Positions 10,111-23,054 of a stretch of 64,000 bases of DNA are shown piece by piece. The position numbers were made by a program, and so were the translations under genes. Under the pieces are notes generated by a model. That model was given only the letters and a program-made list of their open reading frames with translations, searched no databases and was not told the origin of the DNA. Source of the stretch: Carcharhinus amblyrhynchos (lineage: Eukaryota); the NCBI GenBank assembly GCA_965287045.1, contig OZ336901.1, forward strand, positions 9,114,001 through 9,178,000, written 5' to 3'. How positions within the stretch are numbered: position 1 is the first letter of the stretch; the number at the start of each line of letters is the position of its first letter.

Positions 10111-10711
10111 GCATCCTGAACTATTTTCCAGTGTGGCCCCATTTCAACACTTGAAAAATAACATTACCTCCAGGCTCCAGCAAAAAGAAAACAGCAATAA
10201 AGCAACATATTAACATTCAGTATATAATTATTAGAGTTTGCATAATATAGACACATATATTAATACATTATATGAACAAGTGAAAAGATCACTCAGTAGA
10301 GCACATACCTCTGCCATATTGTATTAACTCAATGTTTGTGCAGATTTCTTTGGCTTGACATATCACTTTGTCCAATCCCTCTGAAGCAGCTTTGGATATT
10401 TTGCCAAGTTAAAAGGTGCTATGTAAAAACAAGTTGTTGTTGCAGAATCATTTCCTTTAAGTGATTTTGGACTTCAGCCTTGCTCATATCACACCCATTA
10501 CTCACTTCTTCCATATATTGTGGCTTCTTTTTCATATAATCATAAAGAGATTAATGAGTCAGGGTATATTAGAATTGCTGTTATATTTCAATGCATTTGG
10601 TCGCCCTGCTTCCAAAAACTTGAGTCTGTAAGGATGCAACACGGTGGTTGGTGGATACAGATTGGGGGCCCACACTTTCTGATCAGTGGACTAGAAAGGA
10701 GGACAGAGATG

Positions 10712-10921
10712 CGGGAAGAATTCAGTCCTGGTCCCGATAATCACATGCAAATCACATTAAAAATAGATTTAAAGTACTTATCTGGTCTTCCCACCAGTTT
10801 CCTGCATGGTTCCGACCGCACCTGCTTTCCAGATGTGGGAATCGCATGAATCAGTGCATGAGTGCATCTCCCGACCAAACCTGCCAAAAAATTAATGGGG
10901 TGGAATGGGAGAATCACCCCC
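10712..10921. mobile_element. Short TIR-like element (MITE)
   Basis: Ends GGGAGAATCACCCC, the inverse of the GGG.GTGATT(C/T) termini seen at 28689 and 58293. Confidence 0.35.
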
Positions 10922-11014
10922 ATTATGTCTGTGCTGCTTATCCAACTGCTGTAAAAAAAAAATTGTGAAAGCATTACATTAGTATTAACAATATATTTGC
11001 AACATGAACTTAAG

Positions 11015-11297
11015 TTTTTTTTAAGTTTATTAGTATCACAAGTAGGCTTACATTAACACTGCAATGAATGTACTGTGAAAATCCCCTACTTGCCACATTC
11101 TGGCCCCCTGTTCAGGTACACTGAAGGAGAATTTAGCATGGCCAGCGCACCTAATCAGCATATCTTTCGGACTGTGGGAGGAATCCGGAGCATCCAGAGG
11201 AAATGCACACAGACACAGGGGATATGTGCAGATTCCTCACAGACAAGCTGGCCAAAGCTGGGAATTGAACGTGTTAACCACTGTGTCACCATGCTGC
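11015..11297 (-). mobile_element. tRNA-derived shark SINE (HE1-like head, alternative tail)
   Basis: aatttagcatggcca..cacctaa..gcatatctttcggactgtgggagg..ccggagca core; head ends aaccactgtgtcaccatgctgcc. Confidence 0.85.
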
Positions 11298-13387
11298 CAA
11301 ATAGAAGGTAGTGTGGAATATTATGGAGTTAACTTATTGTTCAAACATTCAATTAGACTACCTCAGGACATTAACTTTGGAAGTTCACTTACTCTGAACT
11401 CATTGCAGAGTAGGTTTATAATTTCCTTTCTAACGCACAGTGCTAACTACAAATCAATGTAAGGACTAAGTCAAAAAGAGAATGGTTCCTGTCTAAACTG
11501 CATACAAGATAACTCTAGTTCTCAATGACAGTTAATGGAAATGTGCCTTAAGAGTTCTTACCTGATTCATGTGGACAACATCTGCTTTACTTCTGTTTCA
11601 GTTGAAACAAAGGATTATTCAACAAATGTAGTTGGCAGTTAAAATGAGGATATGGGACAAAAGGAGGGAAAGTATTTCCCTTCTGTAGTAATTTTTGGCT
11701 TTAATAAACATAAATGAACCCAAATTGAATACCAAGAACATTACTTTTGTTTCCTGCATTGTTTCATCTATGGTGTCCTGCTCAGGGCCAAATCAGTTAA
11801 TTAGTGCCCGACTAAAGAGCTAGTTCAACACTTTTTTTTAACTATTCGTTTAATTCTTTTGATGTTCTCTGTTAATTAGTTGCCTCAGTAATGATTAGAT
11901 GATGTGTCCTGATGCACTGAGAAAATCAGCATAATTAACAAGTGCACAAAATCATTGCATTGTTAACATATAATGAGTGCACAGAATTAGGAGGAGACTG
12001 TGTCCTATTCATACATAAATGTCACTAGTTCACTCAGAGAGAATTCTCTACCTACTGTACAGAATTGTGTGTAGCTGTACCATGCAACAAGTTAGTCAAT
12101 AGCGTTCAAATACATTACCATCTCGGGGAAAGTAGTTAAAACTTCATGTCTATCATTTGTATGATGATGCTATCTATGTACTGGAACAATGCAGAAGTGC
12201 AGTGAAATAGCAGTTCACCATCATGGTGTTGATTAGTACAAAACCTGCTGGAAAATTCCTCATAGCTGCAGCTATTTCACCAGTGTAACTTCGCTGAAAA
12301 TGCAGCAGAAATTCTATTTACAGTAATCTTGGTGATTCAGCCACACATCTAACAAAATAACACTGGTCAGGTGGGAGCAACTGCAAGCAATTTTCTTTAA
12401 TCTAAAGTTTAAATAGAACTCATATCCTTGGTTCAATATCTAGTGGTAGAAAAACTCTAACTATACCGCTTAATTATGTTAATGCAGTGGCATACTCCCC
12501 CTATCTCGCGAGCATTGCCAGTGAGCAATACAACTGCTGCCGGATACTTGCTGTGTTCTCAGAAGTGTTCCAAAGACTGTATGAAATGCTAGTGTTGCAT
12601 TGCTGTGTGTCCATTTGCAAGCAAACTTTGTTGCAGATGGGTTTTCCAACTTAATTCCAAGCAGTGTGAATAACAGCAATATTAAATTTTGACTCACAAG
12701 GTGAACATGAAATATAAGAAGAATCCTCATTTTGAAACTAAACTATCCTTGTGAATTGACACCCATTGTAAGGAAAAGCACTGAAGAATGTATGAAACGA
12801 TAGCCAATTTATTCAAGAGATCATTCTGAATGTAAGTATCAATGGTGGATGATGGCTGTATATTGGATATTAAAGCATCAATACCTTGATGCAGATGTCC
12901 ATGGGTGCAGTTGACGCCTTCCGTGCCCGCTGGGCACTGCAGGGGCTGGCGTGTGTTATAGACCCTTATAATCACGTTTTGATCTAATGTTTTAAGTTTC
13001 CTTTGGACTTTGGTTTCTGTTCGGGCCGTCCCCCTTCCTTTTTGGGGGGCTGCCCCTCTTAATTTGTCCCTAAGTTAATTTGAGTTCGTTTTACTTGTTG
13101 GGCGCATGAAAAGAACTACCTACAAGATTGAAAATAATTTTCTTTAAAGTGGAAATACCTGTTTATGTGAAGAATATTTATATCCACTCCTGTTTGCACA
13201 GGAGGCCTGCAGGAATTTGCTCACAGCTGAGAAGAATTTCATCACAGCTGTAGCCATTTAAAAAGCTGCATTATTGGTTCAAGAGGAAGCACAGTGAAGG
13301 CAACACACAGCAGTTAACAATGTAGCACTCCAAAGGACACATTCCATGGTTCATAGATACTGCAGCTGTGGTGCAGCCACTTGATGC

Positions 13388-13418
13388 TCTTGGCCTTTTG
13401 GTTAAGATCAAATGTAGT
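13388..13418 (+). other. U2 snRNA 5' fragment (nt 7-37), not a full gene
   Basis: TCTtGGCCTTTTGGtTAAGATCAAaTGTAGT vs U2 TCTCGGCCTTTTGGCTAAGATCAAGTGTAGT: 28/31, all mismatches are transitions. Confidence 0.8.
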
Positions 13419-13492
13419 GTTGACATGCTGTGCTTGGTTGAAGTCATTGGGTTACATTTTAGCTTCATTTGAAGCAATTTTTAAAAGCAACA

Positions 13493-13513
13493 TCTCAGCC
13501 TTTTGGCTAAGAT
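13493..13513 (+). other. Second U2 snRNA 5' fragment (nt 7-27)
   Basis: TCTCaGCCTTTTGGCTAAGAT, 20/21 to U2. Confidence 0.7.
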
Positions 13514-15616
13514 GCAAATGAGATTAAGCCTTGGAGGAGGAGCTATGTCTACTCCAATCAGCTTGGATCATGTAGATCAAGCCCAGGACAGGAGGTGAGA
13601 GCCCTGTTTTGTCAGCTTGGATCGGGAGTGCCTCAATTTGATGAGATTGTGAATTGGACTTGATTTGATTGAATTGGAATAAAAGTTTTAAAAAAAAGAA
13701 TGGCTTCTTGCTTTTCAGTTCTGAGGTTTGAGATCCTTGTTGACATGAGAGCGTAGTGGTGGAAGAAGCACATGCACAGGCTGAAGCATAAAAGGTAAAT
13801 GAGGCAGAGGTCCAGGTGAACAACTGCTGAAGATGCATACTGACCAGGCTTTGTTAAATCTTATATGGCAAATGGACTCTGACGCTTCTGTTTAAATATC
13901 TTTTTCTAAGACTATCGGTTTACAGGCACCTGGGATGCTGGTCATGAGAAGATCTTGTACATTGATCTGTTGTGGTACTATGCTTTTATGTCCAGTAGTT
14001 GTGAAACAAAATATACTGGATGGAGAGGGCAAACGCCCAGGGAACATAGAAAGTCTGAGGAAAGCTGCCAAGATGAAGATATCCAACGTTTTCAAATATA
14101 AAAAGTTGGGCAAAGCCACAAAGTGCTCTCTCACGCTGTTACTTTTTATTAACTGTAACCCAAACAGAATATTCAGACAACCATTATAACTCTTTTATTG
14201 CTTACCACAAATACAGCCAGACACACATTCAAAGTGCAACTTCCAACATGGAAATACCACTTATTTCTTCAAAAGATTTGCACTAGAATCCTCTAACAAA
14301 ATTTACTTAAATAGTGTATGTTAGCTAGTGTGCAGAAGAAGGCTGTACATGTTCTGAAAACTTATAAATTTTATAGATTGGAGGGTGACAAAAAAGGAGG
14401 GGGGGGGAAACGGAATGATAGAGTGGTCAGCCTAACATCAGAAGTAGGAAAAATGCTAGACTCCATTATAAAAAATGTAATAACAGGACACTTAGAAAAT
14501 ATCAACGAGATTAGACAAAGTAAACACGGATTTATGCAAGGGAAATCATGTTTGACAATCTACTGAAGATTTTGAGGATGTAACTAATAGAATAATAACA
14601 GTAAACCAATGGTGCAGCTGGATTTTCAGAACATTTCTAATAAAGTCCCACATAAGAACTTCGTATGCAATTTTAAAACACATAGGATTGGGGGTAATAT
14701 ATTGTGATGGAATGATAACTGTTTAGCAGATAGGAAATAGTAGGAATAAATGGACCTTTTTCAAAGTGGCAAGGCAGCGGCTAGTGGGGTCCCATATGGA
14801 CAGTGCTTAGGTCCCAGCTAGTCACAATATACATCAATGATTTGGATGAGGGAAACAAAAGTAATATTTCCAAGTTCGCTGATGACTCAAAACTTGGGCA
14901 TGTGAGTGATGAGGAAGATGTCAAGAAGCCTTAAGATGATTTAGACAAGTTGAGAGAGTGGGCAAATAAATGGCAAATGCATTTTAATATGGATAAATAT
15001 GAGGTTATCCACTTGGGATGGAGAAACAGAATGGCTGAATATTATTTAAATGCTGATAGACTGGGAAATTTTGAAGTACAAAGGGACCTGAGTATCCTTG
15101 TACACCAGTCACCGAAAGTAAGCATGCAGGTACAGCAAGCAATTAGGGAGGCCTTCATTGTAAGAGGACTTGAGTACAGGAGCAAGGATATCTTACAGCT
15201 GTACAGGGCTTCGGTAAGACCATACCTGGAGTATTATGTTCTGTTTTAATCTCCTTATCTAAGAAAGGAGACACTTGCAATAAAGAAAGTGCAGCAAAGG
15301 TTTACCAGACTGATCCCTGGGATGATAGGATTGTTGTATGAAGAGAGGTTGTGTCAATTGGGTCTGTTTGCACTGGAATTTAGAAGAATGAAAGGGGATC
15401 TCATTGGAATGTATAAAATTCTGACAGGACTAAACAGACTGGATAAAAGGATGTTGTTTCCTCTGGCTGAGGAGTCTAAAACAAGGGATCACAGTCTCAG
15501 GACACAGTATAGACCATTTAGGTCTGCGATGAGAAGAAATTTCTTCACTCAGAGGGTGGTGAAACTGTGGAATTCTCTACCATAGAGAATATACTTAAAA
15601 AGGAAATAGACTTCAA

Positions 15617-15742
15617 GGGGCGAAATTTCCCATCCCACCCACCATGGGAATTGTAGTGGGCGAGGGGCAGACCATAGAAAGTTCTGTTGACCTTGGGTGG
15701 GATTTTCTGGTTTCAAGGTGAACACAGCCAGAAAATCCTGCT
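15617..15742. mobile_element. ~125-bp MITE-like element
   Basis: GGGCGAAATTTCC ... GAAAATCCTGC imperfect terminal inverted repeats; interrupts CR1. Confidence 0.5.
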
Positions 15743-15745
15743 GTT

Positions 15746-16485
15746 AGGGCCAAATTTTATCGCGTGCCCATTTTCGCATGCAAAAACTTGGTCAAGTTGG
15801 ATGTGAGGCAAGTAGTATGATCCGCGACAGCCTCCATACTGTTCCCCCTTTACCAAGCACCTAAAATGGCCATGATTGGGACCATGCCCAGAACGGGCGT
15901 GATATCAATTTAAATGCATTTGCATGCCCGTCCAGATTCGGCATGAAACAGACACAGTCAGCAAAGGTCTGATTCAGGCACTCCAACTTCTGAGGAGGTA
16001 AATGTAGGTGAGGGAGGGAGGTGGATCAGGTTGCTCTCTGGTGGGGGGGGAGGGAGGTGGGTCAGATGGCTCACTAGTTTGTGGGGGGGGGTTTCACTGC
16101 TACTTTGCGTGGGATTGATGGGAGGAAAGGGGGCCGGGGCTGTAATTGGTCTGGGTAGTGAGGCGTTGGGGGACAAGGGAGACTGTAATGTTGTGGGGGT
16201 GGGGCAATGTCTGTAGGGGCCAGGGGGAGGCATTATGAGGTCCGGGAGCGATGTGGGAGGGGAGTGTTTTTCTATTTTACTGCACACGCACATTTGAAGG
16301 CTCCGATCAGAGCAGCAGTGTTTCAAGCGCAATAAACCTCACCCACAAGCTTCTGCAGCGTGATTCAGAATTGCTCCTTTTTTTTCAGGCAGAATTCATA
16401 TGGGGGTGCCCGAATGATCTAAAAGTCAGATTTGAAACACTCCCAGATTCAGCACTTAGAATCACAATGGTAAAATTGGGCTCCT
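15746..16485. mobile_element. Non-autonomous TIR element (putative PIF/Harbinger-type)
   Basis: tta|GGGCCAAATTTTATC ... GGTAAAATTGGGCTCC|tag. Subterminal GCACTTAGAA shared with other copies; G-rich core. Confidence 0.6.
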
Positions 16486-18342
16486 AGGCTAAAGGTGCTG
16501 AGAAGTTTGGGGAGAGCATCCGAGTATGGTTTTGAAATAAAAGATCAGCAATTATCATATTAAATGGTGAAGCAGGCTTGAAGGGCTAAATAGCCTATTC
16601 CTGCTCCTATTTTCTGTGTTTCTGTAACCGTCTATAAATTCTGGTAATATCATTATGCTACTGGAAGTGCATGGAATGGAACCTCTGCCCATCCCTTGTC
16701 CCTTTTATGATTCTGGATGAGATATTTTAAATAAAATGAGATGAATGCCTTAATCAGGTGCAGCACTATAGAACACCCACCCAAATTTTTGCGAATTTCA
16801 GAGTAACATTATGTCATTAAAAATGTGGCAGAATGGAGGCACAAGTTGGCAATCAGTTCTTCTGTTTGGTGGTAATATAGTCCAATAAAGCCTATTCTTA
16901 GAGGTTGTAAATGGGGCGTATCTTGTAGGACACTCCTGCTCCCAAATTTATGGAGGAGAAATTGACAGAAGACCCCTACTCCATTCCCTCAGTGGCATTT
17001 TGCCAATGAAACTGACAAGGTGGAAACCCTGCAGAGATCGGATCAGCCCAAATTGGTGTTTGCAACTCCGTACCTCATGTAAATTAACTGTCCACTCAGT
17101 AATTCAGGCAAGATCAGCATAGCAAGGCAATGGTAGACGTATGTCTGGCATATGATTAAAATCATGACCAGAATTATTTTGATGAGAGAATTGAACTATC
17201 TTCTAACACATTTTAAATGGACAGAATCTACATGGGAAGAAATGGGAAACTGAAAATTCAAGAGGTTTTTATTTAAGTGCTATATATACCAGAGGACAGC
17301 CACTACAGATGTTTGCACTTTGTACAAAATAAGTGAAAAGTTACACTTGTGACTTTCCAGCCTCACCTGTCCTATGATCATGAATGAAATAGTTTGAGCT
17401 GGCAGGAATTGTTGGTACATTTTAAAGGAGTACAGTCAATGTTTGTCTTTTTACTCTGCAGTACAGAAATCAGAGCTAGATATGATGGTAGAAAGTATTG
17501 AAGGGCTAAATGGATGGGAAGCTATGTCTCTGCCAAGACACAGTACAAAATGATGAACAGACCATCTCATCAATTCACCAGACAGACAAGATCTGCTTCA
17601 AACTGAGATAATTCTCAGACTGGCTCCAAAAAATGACAGATGAGTCAAATCTGTGGCATAAATATAATAAATGATAGGAAACAGCAGTTTACTTTTTACT
17701 GGGATAAGCAACCAGGCATTATATCTGGGGTACTCATGAGTCATTAGACCCTAGGCCATTAGTAGTTTATTTCCTTGTAAACCATCACTTCCTATTGTAT
17801 ACTCCAACTGTAAATAGAAGAAGATAAAATGCAGAATTTTAATATTTTTCAGGCTTGGTGTTGCTGATTCTAAAGTTCAGGTTTTTAAACAATTGCTTCT
17901 ATTATCCAGTGCACAAGCATCCCCAGGCTGCTAGCGAATGTAAACCTTTACATCTCTCAACAGAGACTTGTGATTCCCTTTGTAATGTTATTGATGAAGT
18001 TCAGAACACCCCTACCTTAATAATTAGCTTCCCACTGAAACATCAAGAAGAATAGACCAACATTATCATCAGAAAGATGATGCATGCTTAGCATTCCAGT
18101 TTTTAAAAAATGGGCATGCACTGGAGTTTTCAGCTGGCAAACAATAAAGAAAAGGAGACTTTTTGTTGGGATAGGTTCAGCTGGAAAAAAAAAGCTGTAT
18201 TTGTTTCACCCTCCATGATAGTGATGAAATCAGTAAAATCTGCGAGCCTTCAGAAAGGCTTATTACTGTCTACGTTGGGTAGAATTTGGCCAATCACACA
18301 TGAAACCACAAGGACCCATTATGGGCACTTTGTGCTTGGAGC

Positions 18343-18475
18343 TTGACAAAAGGTAATCAAGCTGAAACCTTAACTGTGTTTCACTATCCACAGATGCTGC
18401 CTGACCTACAGAATATAGGCAGCATTTTCAGTTTTTACTTCAAACTACCAACAGCCGCAGCATTTTACTTTTGTC
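18343..18475 (+). mobile_element. Penelope-like terminal repeat remnant
   Basis: ttgacaaaaggt..ctgaaac.ttaactgtgtttc..tccacagatgctgcctgacct...cagcattttc; inverse copies at 27965 and 38965. Confidence 0.55.
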
Positions 18476-18754
18476 TTCAGGATTTGCTTAAAACTGGATA
18501 ATTCTCAGCTGTTCATAAATTCCTTCTCAGACTTGGTCAATCTTCTACTGCAACCTTCTCCACTTCCAAGTCTACATCCTTCAATCCCCATCTCTGGCCT
18601 CCAGTATATTTCTTCTTTCCCATCACTCTTCATACGGGGCACAGCTTTCAGCCAGCCAAGTTTTACCCTACAGATTCCCAACCTCTTCACCTGCTATGTA
18701 CATGCTATGAAAATCTTCCTGGCAGTGCATTCCATCATGACTTTTTTTCTAGAA

Positions 18755-21700
18755 ATGTGGCTCAGTGAGGTTAAGTGCTGTACTTGTGAGTTGTAGGAGA
18801 TCTGTGATGTGTCGGATGACTACGTCTGCAGGAAGTGCATCCAATTACAGTTCTTCACACACTGCATGGATAGGTTGGAGCAACAGTTGGATGCACTTAG
18901 GAGTATGAAGGCAGCCGAAAGCATCATAGGCAGGAGTTTTAGCGATGTGATGACACTCAAAAGTACAGGCATATAGATGGGTGACCACTAGAAGGGGTAG
19001 GCAGTCAGTGCAGGAATCCCCTGTGGTATAACAGGTATACCGTTTTGGATACTGTTGGGGGGAATGACCTATCAGGATAACAGTAGCAGCAGCCAAGTAG
19101 TAGCACCATGGCTAGCTTTTTGTTAAGCAGGGAGGGACAAAGAGCACTAGAGCAATAGATATAGGGGATTCTATAATTAGGGTTACAGATAGGCATTCTG
19201 TGGATGTGGAAGAGACTCCAGGATGGTATGTTGCCTCCGTGGTGCCAGGGTCCAGGATGTTCTGAACAGACAGAAAGCATTCTGAAGGGAGAGGGTGAAC
19301 AACCAGAGGTTGTGGTACATATTGGTACCAACAACATAGGTGGGAAGAGTGACAAGGTCCTCCAGCAGCATTTTAGGGAATTAGGTAGAAAGTTAAAAAG
19401 CAGGACCTCTAGGGTTGTAATCTCAGGATTACTCTCTATGCCACATGCCAGTGAGGCTACAAATGGGAAGGTAGTACAGCTCAACACATGGCTAATCAGC
19501 TGGTGTAGAAGGGAGGGTTGCAGATATATGGACCATTGGGATCTCTTCAGGGGCAGGTGGGACCTGTACAAGAAGGACAGGTTGCAACTAAACTGGAGGG
19601 GCATAAATATTCTGGCCAAGAGATTTGCTAGTGTCACATGGGAAGATTTAAACTAGTTTGGCAGGGGTGGGAACCAAAGCAAAGGTAAATTAATTGAAGG
19701 GGAACTAGAAACTAGGGGCAGTAAACTCAGGAAGAACAGGCAGGGTGTGGTTGCTGATCAAAGAGGGTCTGGTGAACTGAAGTGCATTTGTTTCAATGTG
19801 AGAAGTGTAACAGGTAAAGCAGATGAACTTAGAGTTTGGATTAGTACTTGGAACTATGATATTGTTGCCATTGCAGAGACTTGGTTAAGGGAGGTTAACC
19901 AAGAGCTGAATGTTCAAGGGTACAGATGTTTCAGGCAGAATAGAGGGGGGTGTAAAAGGTGTGGGGGAGTTGCATGACTGGTTAAAGAGAATATTACAGC
20001 TGTACTGCAAGAGGACACCTTGGAGGGTTCATACAGGCAATGCGGGTAAAGCTCAGGAATAGGATGGGTGTAGTCACAATGTTGGGGGTTTACTATAGCC
20101 TCTCAACAGCCAGTGGGAGATAGAGGAACACATATGTAGGCATATTTTGGCAAGGTGTAAAAGTAACAGGGTTGTTGGGGTGGGTGATTTTTAACTTCCC
20201 CTATATTGACTGGGACCCACTTAGTGCTAGGAGTTTGGATGGGACAGAATTTGTAAATAGCATCCAGGAGTGCTTCTTGAAACAGTATGTAGAAAGTCCA
20301 ACTAGGGAAAGGGCCCTACTGGACCTGGTTTTGGGGAATGAGCCTGACCAGTTGGTCGACGTTTCAGTAGTGGAGCAATGAACAAGAACAGTGACCACAA
20401 TTCAGTATGCTTTAAAGTACTGATGGATAAAATAAGTGTAGCCCTCAGGTGAAGGTGCTAAACTGGCTAATTACAACAATATTAGGCAGGAACTGAAGAA
20501 TGTAGATTGGGGGCAGATGTTTGAGGGCAAATCAATATCTGTGGGAGTCATTCAAGTTTAAGTTGTTAGGAATTCAGGACCGACACATTCCTGTAAGGAT
20601 GAAGGATAAATATGGCAAGTTTCAGGAATCTTGGATAACAAGAGATATGTGAGCCTAGTCAAAAAGAAAAAGGAAGCATTTGTCAAGGCTAGGAGGCTGG
20701 GAGCACATTAAGCAAGTGTGGAATACAAGGAAAGTAGAAAGAAACTTAAGCAAGCATCAGGGGGCCTAAAAGGAGGTCATGAAAAGTCACTGGCCAGCAG
20801 GAATAAGGAAAATCCCAAGGCTTTTTAGACATTTATTTTTAAAAATTAGCCAGGGAGAGGGTCGGTCCACTCAAGGACAGGGGAGGGAATCTATGTATGA
20901 AGCTGGAGGAAATGGGCAAGGTATCAAATGAGTACTTTCCATCAGTATTCACCAAAGAGAAGGACTTGGTGGATGATGAGACTAGGCAAGGGTGTGAAGA
21001 TTGTTTGGGATAGTTCTGATGTTGAGATCACAAAGGAGGGGATATTGGGGAGTTGGGGGGGGCGGTCTTTAAAAACATTAAGGTAGACAAGTCCTTAGGG
21101 CCTGATAGGATATACCCCAGAATACTGGAAGAGGAAATCGTGGAAATTGCTGGGGCCTTGAGAGAAATCTTTGGATCCTCACTGGCTACATGGGTGGTCC
21201 CAAAAGATTAGAGGGGGTAGCAAGGACAATACAGGCCAGTGAGCCTTACATCAGTGGTAGAGAAATTATTGGAGGGGATTCTTCGAGACAGGATTTACTC
21301 CCATTTGAAAATAAGTGGACATGTTAGCAAGAGGCAACATGGTTTTGTGAAGGGGAGGTCGTGTCTCACTAACTTGATTGAGTTTTTTGAGGAAGTGACA
21401 AAGATGATTGATGAGAGTAAGGTGATGGATGTTGTCTACATGGACTTCAATAAGGCCTCTGACAAGGACTCTCACCAACTTTTACAGATGCACCATAGAA
21501 AGCATTCTTTCTGGTTGTATCACAGCTTGGCATGGCTCCTGCTCTATCCAAGACTGCAAGGAACTACAAAAGATCATGAATGTAGCCCAATCACGCAAAC
21601 CAGTTTCCCATTCATTGACTCTGTCTATATGTCCCACTGCCTCAGCAAAGCAGCCAGCATAATTAAGGACTCCAAGTAGCCTGGACATTCTCTCTTCCAC

Positions 21701-22485
21701 CTTCTTCCTTCAGGAAAAAAGATATGAAAGTCTGAGGTCACATATCAACCAACTCGAACAGCTTCTTCCCTGTTGTTGTCAGACTTTTGAATGGACTTGC
21801 ATTAAGTTGATCTTTCTCCACACCCTAGCTATGACTGTAACAGTACATTCTGCACTCTCTTGTTTCCTTCTCTATGATCGGTATGTTTTGTCTGTGCAGT
21901 GTGCATGAAACAATACTTTTCATTGTATGTTTAATACATGTGACAATAATAAATCAAATTAAATCAAATCACTACCAGAAGGATGTGAAGACTTTGGAGA
22001 GGATACAGACAAAAATGACCACAATGTTGCCTGGTATGGAGGGCATTAGGTGTGAGAAGAGATTGGAAAAACTTGGTTTGTTCTCATTGGAACAACAGAG
22101 GCTGAGGGGCGACCTGATAGAAGTCTACAAAATTATGAGGGCATGGACAGAGTGGATAGTCAGAAACTTTTTCCCAGGGTGGAAGAGTCAGTTATGAGGG
22201 GGCATGGGTTTATGGTGCGAATGGCAAGGTTTAAAGGAGATGTATGAAGTAAGTTTTTTACACAGAGGGTGGTGGGGACCTGGAACTTGCTGCCAAGGAA
22301 AGTAGTGGAAGCAGATAGCGACTTTTAAGGAGCATCTGGACAAATACATGAATTGGATGGGAATAGAGGGAAATGGTCCCCAGAAGGGTAGCAGGTTTTC
22401 ATTCAGATGGGCAGCATGGTGGGTGCAGGCTTGGAAGGCTGAAGGGCTTGTTTCTGTGCTGTAATTTTCTTTGTTCTTTGTTCAC
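18755..22485 (+). mobile_element. Near-full-length decayed CR1 LINE (ORF1 Cys-pair region + esterase; ORF2), RT core replaced by a Rex1 fragment
   Basis: C..C...C..C at 18773-18840; PEVVVHIGTNN..SRVVISGLL..DHWDLF..WEDLN*; CFNVRS, AETW, FNFP.IDW, LDLVLGNE, QHGFVKGRSCLTNL; tail ttctttgttctttgttc. Confidence 0.9.
21467..21970 (+). mobile_element. Rex1/Babar LINE 3' fragment nested in CR1
   Basis: TLTNFYRCTIESILSGCITAWHG; (AAATC)n tail; homologous to 53300-53780 and 60705-61050. Confidence 0.85.
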
Positions 22486-22824
22486 TCTACGCTCTGTTTT
22501 CTCCTTTGTGCAGCGCCTTGGCACATTATTAAGTTGTTGATACTGTTATTGCCATTGATTTGTAACTATTTTGGTAAATGACTATTAGCTTTCATTCATG
22601 AATGAACTGTGATAAAGATTTGATTGTTGTATGAACAATGCTGAGTATCATTCCGTTAAGAAGACTGTACAGTTATATAGAAGATGCAGAACTTAGGATA
22701 GTGTAAGGAGTTTGGGGTGCTGTAAGGAGGCCTTCCAGAGTTCAAGATTTAGATGAATGAAAGCATGATTGCCAGTGGTCAATAAAAGGAGTGGTATGCA
22801 GGAGTGACCAAAATCTGAAGAATG

Positions 22825-22990
22825 GAATCCCTATAGTGCAGAAGGAGGCCATTCAGGCCATCGAGTCTGCATGAACTCTGATAGAGTATCCCACCCCGGC
22901 CCTTTTCCTGTAACCCCACATATTTACCCCACTAGTCTCCCTAACCTGTAGATCTTGGAACAGTAAGGGTCAATTTAGCATGGCCAATCC
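22825..22990 (-). mobile_element. HE1-like SINE 3' part
   Basis: agtgcagaaggaggccattc...caatttagcatggccaatcc. Confidence 0.75.
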
Positions 22991-23054
22991 AAATTGAAAT
23001 GGTGACATTTAAAAGTAATAAATCAATGGAGAAAGAATTAAAAAGTAATCGCCC

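Larger units (their letters stand above)
12895..13697 (+). mobile_element. 5'-truncated Tx1-clade LINE 3' end with long 3'UTR (possibly Keno-related)
   Basis: 12901-12987 encodes MGAVDAFRARWALQGLACVIDPYNHVLI*, resembling Tx1-type ORF2 C-termini (from recall). AATAAA and an A-run at 13678-13697. U2 fragments inside. Confidence 0.6.
14390..16625 (+). mobile_element. Decayed CR1 LINE ORF2/3' end with two TIR elements inserted
   Basis: VSLTSEVGKMLDSII..HGFMQGKSCLT, KFADD (~14872), QRDL, RRMKGDLI, FFTQRVVKLWNSLP. 3'UTR cctattcctgctcctattttctg at ~16595-16620. Confidence 0.9.

Noticed and set aside
13388-13513. Functional U2 snRNA gene
   Set aside because: Similarity ends at nt 37; no Sm site or 3' stem-loops.
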